64,000 bases of DNA from Octopus vulgaris (taxonomy: Eukaryota). This document shows positions 53,496-64,000 of the stretch, one piece after another (position 1 is the first letter of the stretch; each line of letters opens with the position of its first letter). The translations under genes were made by a program, and so were the position numbers. The notes under the pieces are model-generated. The model saw only the letters and a program-made list of their open reading frames with translations. It had not been told where the DNA came from and did no database searches. Where the stretch lies: the NCBI GenBank assembly GCA_951406725.2, contig OX597816.1:152334001-152398000 (forward strand). Direction: 5' to 3'.

Positions 53496-55338
53496 TTAAC
53501 TATACCACAGTTAAAAATACTGTTTGGTTTTTAAAGCCCAGTTAGTTCGTGCTCTGGCATGTCTTAATCTTTAGAAAATAGTTTTCACTTTATTACCAAG
53601 AAGTATTAAAAATTTCCACACCTTTTTAAAAACCAGTATTTTTTAAAAATTTGATTCATAACTTACAACTTATGTGAAATTGAAATTATTCCATACAATC
53701 ATAGCTTTTGTGTGTGTGTGTGTGTGTGTATGTAATAAATTTTTGAATAAGTTTATATAAGAAATGCACGTTTTTTTTGTGCTTGTAATAGTTATGTATA
53801 CTTCATTTTTATTTTAGCATTTTGGGAGATAGGCTTTAAATTTTTGTTTGGTCTTAGCATTGTTTAAGGTTAATGGTGTTAATCATTACATTGATATATT
53901 GCATGCATTTTCATTTGTGTTGTGCAATGGACAAACAGAAATCCCTGCAAGCGTATTGATTTTCATATCAGTAAAGCTTTAATTTTAATAATTTCTTTTG
54001 ATTTACTGTTACTTTTAAGAAGTTGTATTAATGAGCTGAGCTTTGTTAAAATGGTTTTTTGCAGAAATTCAATCAGTTTAGGTTATTGTTACAGTCAAGA
54101 TGGAACATGAAGCTAGATATTTTAGTTGTATCTAGTTCAGTATCTTACTGCTTAAGTTCATGCTTAATCAGGCTTTTTACTTATCTCTTGTTTCTAATGA
54201 ATTAATTTGAATTTTGTGCTGCTGCCAAACAAAGCCCTTAATCAAAACTTATTTTCTCACTTTTATTTTATTGAGGATTCATTAATTTCTAATTAGAATC
54301 AGTTGTCTTGTGTTTAAAGTAGGATTTCAGCACTTACATGATTTAAGTTGATCTTGATTACCTTTAAAATCTTTAACAACAAATACAAAATGATATTGCA
54401 AATCATATGTCAATCTAATTTGACCTGGGATTTTTAGGTAAATGAAAATATTTATGGCTAACAAATAGGAAATTAAAATAAAATCAATAGGTAAAATATT
54501 GTAGTGTAAATAAGAAAAACTTTTTAACTTGTGCTCCTAAATGGCATAATTTGAAACTATTTGAACTGGTTTAAATAAAACTATCCAGTGAAGTTTACAT
54601 AAGGTCAATGATGGATTTAAAATATAAATTCTACTTAGCTTATTTTTGTTTATATAAAATTTGATAAGCTTCATTTAAACTTGTATTTTTTCTTTTACTA
54701 CCTGAAAATGTATTTAGGAATTATCATTTATATGTCATTATCTTATTTGGCAAATTTTTATTCTAAGATTTTGATCTCCAAAATTCACTATTATAATCTT
54801 GTGGCATCTATTATTAATGTAACTGGTATATAGATCTTTGTAAAACTGGTCTCTAATTTTTGTTTAGTTACTGTAGAATATATTTAAATAGGTCTTGACT
54901 GTTTACAGCTTTATCAAAAGTAAAATCCATATTTAGGCTAGGAGAAATTCACAAAATATTTCATGAAATGCAACACGGATCTAAGGGTTGTTCATGATAG
55001 GGGTTTACTGATATTATTGGTAAAGTGCAAATAACATTTGAAAGATGTCTTAAAGTATCCTTATTCTAGTGCCTATCAAAAGCTATTGCTGGATATCTTT
55101 GTCTCAGTCATGCAGTTAAGACAATTTTTAATTTCCTCCTTATTTTAGTTGCTGTTTTGTTTGATAGAATTTTTTTCTTTTTCATAATGAATTTCTTCAA
55201 CCACAATTTGGTACATTTATTTTGAGAAAGTATTTGATTTGTTTCCGTCTAAAAAATGATTTTTGTAGGGCAAAGTGTCAGCTGGTGGAAATATATTATA
55301 GAATTAGTCCTTCTATTCTGTATATTTAAATGCTTCTC

Positions 55339-56560
55339 TTGGGTCATCCTATAAATGTTTTTTTTTACAACTTTTATTTTTCAAAATTAAGATAGTTTTT
55401 TTTTAAAATATACTCTCCTTCATTTTCTACAATACTCTTCTGTCTATCTGGTAGACTTGCAAGGCCCCTCTTCTAAGATTCACTTGTCTGTGACAAAAAA
55501 ATATTCCTCCACTACTGTTCTGACCTCATCTACAAAATTCATATTTTTCTGTCCAAACAATTTTGAAGACTGTGGCATAAATGATGATCAAATGGGGCAA
55601 TGTCTGGCGAATATGGTGGGTGAGGTATTGTTTCCCATTCCATCTGCTCCAGCTTTTGGAATGTCATCTTTGCTGTATGGGGCAGAGCATTATCCCTATG
55701 GAAGAACACCTTTTGTCTTGAAACCAAAGACGGTCATTTTACTTTTATCGCTGACTTAAGCTACTCACAGATCACCTTTGTTATCATTTGGTTTGGGTTT
55801 AAAAGTTTTCATATCCCACCTAACAGATAATACTGTACATAGGTGAAGACTTTCTTCAGCCTGGGATGCCGGTGTTTCTCCTTTTCCTCCCCACTGTCTT
55901 TAACACTTGACATTTCTATAGGGAACCCATTTCTTGTCACCAGTCACTATTCGATTCAAAAAAGGTTCATTCGTGAGACATGACAGCAAAGAAGAGCACA
56001 CATTCACTCCTCTGTGCACGATCAGACTTGGAAAGTTTGTGAGGAACCCATTAACCCAATTTGCTGACTTTTCCAATGGCATGCAGGTGTTGGTGAATGG
56101 TTGAATGACCAAATTGGAGATTCTCTGCTGGTTCTTTAACAGTTACAATAGGATTTGTTGCACCAGGGTTTGCAGGGTGTCCTCATCGAGCTCTGCAGAT
56201 CTTCCAGGATGAGGCTTGTCTACTAGACTAGTTTCTGGAGCCACTGTTGACACTGGTTTGCACTTATTGTCTGGTCCCCATATACTGCATTAACTTTCCT
56301 TGCACGTTCTGTTGTGTTGTTGACTTTATTGAACTCATAAAGCAAAATATACCGAATATGCTCCTTTGTCACTTCCATTATAATTTTGAAAAAATAACTG
56401 TTAAAATTGAACTGCATTCTTCAGAACTTGCACTAAGAATAAGGACAAGGTAAAATTACTACCTGCTTTTTAGCAAATTGAAGCAGGTAGTTTATCCTGT
56501 CCCCTTCTGACTTTTAGTTTATGCAATTGAAAAAACTGCATTATTTATGGGAAGACTCAA
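55339..56560 (-). mobile_element. Decayed near-full-length mariner element
   Basis: TIRs TTGGGTCATCCTATAAAT / ATTTATGGGAAGACTCAA; fragments MEVTKEHIRYILLYEF, FLNRIVTGDKKWV, HPPYSPDIAPFDHHL; ~1.2 kb. Confidence 0.9.
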
Positions 56561-56608
56561 TAAGTAATACCAGTATTTATTTTGAGCAAGATTATTTACT
56601 TGTAGCAT

Positions 56609-56818
56609 TTAACCCTTCAGTATTTATTGTCCAAAATATTTTGTTTTATGTTCAAACCAGCCAGATCTATCCTCATGCCTTACCCTAAAATGCCATTTTA
56701 AAGCTAAACAATCACATCATCAAAATTTTGAAGCTGTGAGATATTGCAAGATTAATTCAAAACAATGCAAATAAAGAAGCTTTACATTTACAGAATGATC
56801 TGAATGCTAAATGATTAA
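56609..56818. mobile_element. TTAA-flanked MITE, copy 4 (opposite orientation)
   Basis: Colinear with copy 3. Confidence 0.7.
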
Positions 56819-59800
56819 GGATACTTTGGGATTTCCATCATAATTGTGTAGACAATTAAAAGTTTTTATTAGAATAATAAAATCTTGTGATTGGTTGAGC
56901 AGTACTGTTAAACAGCAGGGCTTATGAAGTTAAAATCTGTTAAACAATTTAAAATTGTTTGGACTTGACAAGTCTGGTTGAGGAAATTTGGTGGTTACAT
57001 GTCGTAGCTACACAGTAACTCAGATTGTATAAGTTCTAAGAACATCTATCTATTGTCTGTAATAGTTTGCATTTTATTATATTTCACTGAGAATTATCAA
57101 TGTAATTTACAAAGTGGGTGGGAGATGTGGGCTTTGTCTTGATGACAATATCCTGTAACCAAGGTAGTTGGTGAGAAGTGGAAAAGTGTTTTTTCAAGTT
57201 ACGAGATTTTATGAAAAAGAATAAGTTACAAGAAAGAGCTGATCATCTTATATAAAAATCTTTGCAAGGTAGTAGTGTTGTGAAGCAAAATAGGTATAGT
57301 AAATTTGGAACAGCAGAAGTAAAGAGTATATTGGTATATACTAATATACTGTATTCTCACTAGACTTTTTGAATTTGCATGTGTCTAGTTGAAAGTGGCT
57401 CATGTGATGTTTGGATTCCATTCCATTTTATAGTCATGAGTTGGTTCCTTTTTAACCTTCCAAACTAAAACCAATTACTTGACCTAATGGAAAATAGCAC
57501 ACATAGATTTTAAGAAGTTGATTGGGTAGATTTCTTTCAGCATTTATCATCCTTTGCTTAAAAATAGTTTATCAGACAGATTACACAAATGATTCTTTTC
57601 CTTGTACCCCCCACCACCACGGTTGGACTGACAGCTTTCACACAAAAAGAAAGTGGGGGTACTGATGCAGAGGTCAAAATGGATTCTTGTATTTGTTGCT
57701 TTCATAATTTTTTTCTGTTACATATAGAAGGACCAAAGGAATTAAAATATATTTCTGTTAGAGCATGATTTTTTTTTTGTAAGTTTGAGTATTTCCATAT
57801 TAATGTAATTTCTTTGTGGTTGCTTGTCTATTAGTGTAAAAGCTGCAGCTAGAACATATTTAAACTTATTGAATTTAAATTTGCTGCCATCATTTATGTA
57901 TTTTAATCGTATTTTTACTGGGTACTTAAAGAGGTGAAGAAACTATAGTTTGGTGAAAAGAGCAAAGTGTTTTGCATACTTTGTTTACTTAAACCCCTCT
58001 CATTTCTAGTTTGAAAATATTTGAGAAATTTGTCTTCAAAGGTTTTTTTCTGAAGAAAAGAAATAGAAAAGCTTAAATGTAATGTGTATTAAATAATAGG
58101 TTCACCTAATAGTTTCAGTAAAGTATATGAACTGAGAAAATGTTGATAGATTTAAGTAATTGAGGTGTGTGGTGTTAATGTTGTTTCAAGACAAGTTGTC
58201 ATAAATTATGTCAAGTTCTGCATTAAAATTTTGCTTAACAACCCTAATATTCAGATAATTTGCTCTGATCATTCATTGTTCTTCTGATAAGGATTTTGCA
58301 ATCAAGTATGTTAACAAGCATTTGAAAAAAAATAGTGGTACACTTGTAGAGCATTATGAAGTTCAGAGCTACGGTTCCTATAATATATGTATTTGACATT
58401 TGTGACTGCAATGGTCTTACTGAACAAAATATGTTAAAGGAAATAGTTCAAACGAGCCAGTGACATGAGTTTGGATCAGACTAATCTATTGAATGGGGGA
58501 GAATTAACATCTGAGCGAGGAGGGGGAGATAATTTCAAGAGATTTAAACTATTCTTAAAATAAACTTACATGGTTAGGGGAAAATCTAATCTTTTTGCAG
58601 ACAAAGGACATGTTTACAGGCATATTTTGTTGTGATTTTCCTCTCTAAGAACTTCTCGAAATTAATTTACATTTTTAATTTCTTGAAATTCTCTCTTTAA
58701 GTTGCTAACAAGTAGTGCTTATTTCTTATTCCTAAATTAAAGGGAAATTTCAATTGAGAATTTTTTGCTTATCTGATTTACATCTCTCTATAACGTTATC
58801 TATCAAACCACATGCAAGGTGGATATTTAAATGAATTAATCTCAATATCTTACTGGTATTTTCATAAACACAAGTGACATTAGTGAAATTTTTAGTATTG
58901 CCCAAGGTTAAAATTTAATGCAAGTGTTGATTTTAATTGATCTCAAACAAGATGAAGATTGAAGTCAGAACATAAAGGAATATAACTGAATATAATGGAA
59001 TGTAACAACAATTTTTGCAATCTATTGTATTTTAATAATGAATCAGAAAAATAAACCCAAGTCCCTTACAGCAATATATATTGCTTAGAATTACTAATAT
59101 CCTATTGAAAGTACTTTAAGAAAGTTTTTATTTTCCTATAGTCAACACTATTCAGTCAGGAATAAATAAATGGTGATATAAAAACATCAAAGAACTGGTT
59201 TAAGAGTGAAATGAATCCTAATAAGTCCTTGCTCCCACTCCCTACAGTAATATTTTAATATGGCTTGTAGGTTTGAATTATTTAGAATTGTCTTTGAGCA
59301 CAAGACTATGATAACTCGAGGAGTCTGGTAGATAATTAATTTTGCAAGGTCACCTACTTCCCTATAGTAATAATTTCTGTTAGTATGTTGCAACAATGTT
59401 CTCGATTCTTCTGATATCTTTCTATGCTGATTATGATTAAATCCGTATGATTGTAGAAAACTAAGTCCAAATTACATAGCATATGATGTATATATAAACC
59501 ACAGGTTTCAAATATATGGATGCTTATATGCCTTTGAGAAAATTTTATTTAATTCAGTAGGTTTAAAGTGAATGTATCCAGGAGAAACTATCCTAGTGTG
59601 TTTTATACTGACGACCTTTAGCTACAGACTAGTTATTTAGATTGCAATAAGCTGCAGGTAAAAGGACAATAGTTGAATGACTCATTCATCATCTTCTTAC
59701 TTTCTCCCTTTCTCTCTTTTTTTTTTTTTTTGTTAATTTGGAAAAAAGAGAAAAGAAATTGGAGTTTTATTGTTGGATTGCTATTTATTTATTATGATCA

Positions 59801-60017
59801 CTTGCTTTGTGTTGTAAATGTTGTATTGATGTAAATGTGGTTGCAATTCACACTACTTAAGTTAACTTTCTTTTAAGTTTTTGTAATTTTTCAATAATTT
59901 TTTAATTATTTTTTTTTTTAATATGATTGCATTTAATTTGTATGTTTTGTTGACTTGTCTTTTCTCTGTTTTCTTCCCGATATATTTGCTCCCCGTCTTG
60001 TCACCATGGTAACATAG

Positions 60018-60093
60018 CGATAACAATTGGTCGCCTTGGTTTAGTATGTCCGCAAGAAGTCGCCCCTATGTTACAACAGTTTATCAGGCAGTG
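60018..60093 (+). CDS. TNPO1: Transportin coding exon 19 ([26 protein letters not shown])
   Basis: 76 nt, tag/gtgtgt; continues the [12 protein letters not shown] motif in phase. Confidence 0.93.
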
Positions 60094-62587
60094 GTGTGTA
60101 AACCTTTTTTTTATTTCTCTTCTTTCACATTTTTTGTTCAGAATGATATTTCTTCAGTCTTGCAATGTTTACACAAACATCTGTTAAACTTATACAGCTG
60201 TGCCACTTGCTATATAAGGGAAGCTGATGTTTGTTGACATTATTTAGACATTGAAATTCCTCTATGATCTACACAGCTGTTTTTCATTTATTTATTTAGA
60301 TTATTATTATTACTTCAGTTTTATTTGTTTTTCTTTTTATCTTCATCAGTTTCTTTAACAATTTTACATTAGTTTGTTTTTCTTTAGGAAACCTATGTAT
60401 CCCCTTTATTGTTGGCTTTACAATCTGTAACATTTCTCTTTCAGTTTATTTCATTTATTATTATTTTTTAACACCCTTCTGTTTTAAGCAGTCAAACAAA
60501 CCAAATGCTATTTACAGCTCAGAATGATTTCCAATTGTTTTTTTTTCTTTTTCTAATCAACACCATCTGTTTTGGGAGTGGGTGGGATTTTGAGATAATG
60601 TAGTTACTTTCTGATTGTTTCAAGGATGTGTGCTCCCTCTTCCCTATCCCTAATTAAATCTATTTCTAGCTTCACTATATTTTAAAATATCCTGTAAGTA
60701 GAAATTTATTCTCATATCTGTTTGCTTTCCAGTTTTATGAATAAGGAATAAAACCATTGGATTTGCTCTGTTTATTGCAAACTTAGTTGTCTGCTGTAAA
60801 ATGTAACTATCAAAATGTTCAATATTTACTAATCATAGTTGCAACTTATGGTTGAATTTGAAAATATTTGCAAACACACAAAAGTGTACACACTCATACA
60901 CACTAAATGGAATACTTTTTATGGAACTATCGTAAATTTCTTGATCTGGGCATGTTTGTAATTTTTGTAAGATAGTCATGATCTACAGATCTGAGAGTGG
61001 ACTTCAGCTAATTGAGCTAGCTTGATATTGATGCTTTAACTAAATAACTCTTCTTTAATTTCTAACTTGAGATGTTCTGTGCAGATGAACTGTTTAAACA
61101 TGACTAATAAGTTTAAAATTGTGGATTAGAGGAATTACTTTAGTTTCATTTTGAAGAATTGTCTTTAGTAAAAACCTACCTAGTTCTAAATTGTATTTTT
61201 CACATAAAAAAAAATTGATTCTTGGAATAGTTCCTGGCCACAGCCCAGTCACTGGAGCAGGTAAAAGAGTTTTCTTGAATTTGTTTCTTCATAGTATTAA
61301 TTCACAAGGTCAAAGAAATTATATTTGCAAAAACTCTAACCAATGAGAGGCATATGTTCATAAGTATGTATATAATCATTTTAATGTCTGCTTTTTCTAT
61401 GCTTGCATGGATCAGACAAAATGTGTTGACAGAATTTTACAGCCAGATGCTCTTCTCTCCAACCTCCCACTTTCCCAGCAAGATATTTCCGCTTGTTCTT
61501 TGGACATGAACAGCTCATGATCACAAAAGCAGAGGGTTAGTGTGCTGTTTATGATGCTATTTTTGTATGTGAATGGTGGTTTTGTTTACAAACAGCACAC
61601 AAATGTGAAGACAGTGACACAAACACATGCACATGTGCACACTCATTCACACAATTACTATCATTATTTAATGTCCACTTTTCTTGCTGGGATGATTTGG
61701 ATGGTTCAACAGAATCTGATGAGTCAAGAGGATCACATTGTGCTGCAATGTCTTTTGTAGTTTGGTTTTTATGGTTGGATACCCACTCGAGTGCCAGTCA
61801 CTTTACAGGATGTACTGGGTGCTTTTTTTCATTATACCAGTACAAGTGAAGTCAACTTGCTAAACTGGAGGAGAATGTTGAGGAAATAGTTACTGGCAAC
61901 TTGAAGATAAAGTATGATGAGAGGAACAGATTTATAGTTGGGAGATGGTGGTAGTAGAGGGAATAATTGTAGGGAAAGAGGAGGGATTGTGTCTAGTCAC
62001 TGATAAAAAGATGGTAGTTAGGGTGATGAAATGAGTTAAGCCACATGAGGGCAAGGATGGGCAGAAAGGGGCATCAAAGAAAGTAGGTGAGAGTGTGGGT
62101 GGATCCAGAGAGAATCATTGAGGGGAAAGAGTTTTGTTAGGATCTTGGGGTAAGGCCAGAGGGGGAGGGGGTATGTTGGTGGTAGCATATGAGCTGTACA
62201 GAGTGGACACTGAAGGAAAATGCGGCAGAGATTGGGATGATTGGAGTAGGGAGTGGATGGAAAATGGAAAGTATGTACAAGTAGAATGAAGAGGATAGAT
62301 CAATAGATAGTACTAGTAAAGGATTTTGGTGGGGGGTTAGGGATGGGTGAGTGTGAGATGCAGGGTGGACCATTCATAATTTACACAATCCATAGATGGT
62401 AGTGAGATATGAAATGGAGGGATATGAGTTGAAAGAATGAAAGTGACTAACAAGTAGATGAGATGGATCACCCAGGAGTGCAGAAGGTGGTGGCAAATAT
62501 AGGCTTAGCAGGCATGCATATACATACACATAGAAAACAAGCATTAAATGATGATATATATATATGTTCCCTATATATATATATATA

Positions 62588-63436
62588 TTGGAAAAATAAA
62601 AGTTGAAAATGCACTGAGACTAGTTAAAATATTTTTCATTAATATATTTGAAGCTTTTAAAGGGTTTCACATTTTACAATGATTTTCAAAAAGTTCAAAT
62701 AGAAAGATTTGGCTTACGTCGCAGCTGTCTTGCCTCTAACTAGTGTTTGAAGTTTGCCCTGTTTTTATAGGGAGTTCATGGCTCAAATTAATATACATTT
62801 TGAATAGGATTTGATTGGTAGAGAATAGTCACATGACTGGTCTTAGGAATTTTTGTAGGTTCCCTGCTATGTTCTTGTGTTAGTACCAAGTGACAATGTT
62901 TGGTGTTGTAAGTTAAGGCTGACAGTTGACCAAACAAACAATGCAGTGAGTGTTTTCTGTCAAGTGTTTGTAGAGAATGAACACATTAACTTTATAACCT
63001 TCTATACATTTCCTATTATGTTCGTGCTTTAGTGTCATGTGACAGTATATTTTATATTAAAAAGCTTAGTGGGAGAGTGGACAGGAGTTGTTTATGTTGT
63101 CCAATGGCTAGTCAACTGTGTCAAACATTGTCACTTGATGCTAACACACAGAGGTAGCAGGGAACCTACAAAAATTTCTAAGACCAGTCATGTGACTATC
63201 CTCTACCAATCAAATCCTATTCAAAACATATACTAATTTGAACCCATGAACTCCCTATAAAAACAGGGCAAACTTCTAACACTAGTTAGAAGCAAGACAA
63301 CTGCGACATAAGCCAAATCTTTTTATTTGAACTTTTTGAAAATCAGTGTAAACTGTGAAACCCTTTGAAACTTCAAATATATTAATAAAAAATATTTTAA
63401 CTATTCTCAGTGCATTTTCAACTTCTATTTTTCCCA
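62588..63436. mobile_element. Foldback/MITE-like element with ~330 bp inverted arms
   Basis: 62588-62930 is a diverged reverse complement of 63110-63436; left end abuts (TA)n. Confidence 0.85.
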
Positions 63437-63533
63437 TCTATGTAGAATAAAATAACTGTTTTCTACACACACATTTTGAGTTAAATTTTTCCATTTTGTA
63501 TCTTCAAACATATACTATATACATACACACATG

Positions 63534-63565
<32 letters not shown>

Positions 63566-63735
63566 CATCATCGTTTAACGTCCGTTCTCCATGCTAGCAT
63601 GGGTTGGATGGTTCGACCGGGGATCTGGGAAGCCAGAAGGCTGCACCAGGCTCCAGTCTAATCTGGCAATGTTTCTACAGCTGGATGCCCTTCCTAACAC
63701 CAACCACTCCGTGAGTGTAGTGGGTGCTTTTTACG

Positions 63736-63740
<5 letters not shown>
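63566..63740 (-). mobile_element. Young (GAT)n-tailed SINE copy inserted in (TA)n
   Basis: Near-identical to 25155-25335. Confidence 0.85.
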
Positions 63741-63803
<63 letters not shown>

Positions 63804-63827
63804 CACACACACACACACACACACACA
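63740..63827. repeat. (TA)n(CA)n microsatellite
   Basis: Direct reading. Confidence 0.95.
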
Positions 63828-64000
63828 TGTATGTGTCTCTACATCTGTGTGTTTGTGTAAATGGGTTTTTATATTCCTGTTGTTTTTTTACATGCATTTG
63901 TTGACTAGAAAAAACAGCCTTGCTATCAATATTGAGGTTGTGATTGCAGGTGATTGCAAAAACAGTTTCGTGTATCTTGACATGTTGCATGATCTTTATA

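Noticed and set aside
55055-55063. GTATCCTTA U12-like donor in intron 18
   Set aside because: No supporting exon or branch site; expected by chance.
51217-60017. Mutually exclusive duplicate of exon 19
   Set aside because: Looked by eye for a second AITIGRLG-like exon here and after 60094 and found none.

Overview
AT-rich, repeat-dense animal genomic DNA. The SINE/LINE repertoire resembles a coleoid cephalopod (Octopus-like); this is inferred, not confirmed. The window holds the 5' ~90% of a transportin-1/karyopherin-beta2 gene (TNPO1/2 orthologue) on the + strand: 19 coding exons from ATG 16460 to 60093, 2381 nt (~793 codons), all phases consistent, 3' end beyond the window. Its first coding intron is U12-type. 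The rest is mostly decayed mobile DNA: a Penelope-like element, an R4/Dong-like LINE end, RTE-like LINE fragments, several SINE families, two Tc1/mariner elements, TTAA (piggyBac-type) MITEs, long inverted repeats and microsatellites. Most notable: (1) the Penelope-like element's inverted terminal repeats carry a tRNA-like Pol III cassette just upstream of a minimal hammerhead-ribozyme fold; (2) exon 19 has an unusual, possibly structure-sequestered acceptor; (3) the U12 intron; (4) several long hairpins, one with an X-A-X'-A' template-switch signature. Repeat boundaries are approximate and read by eye.
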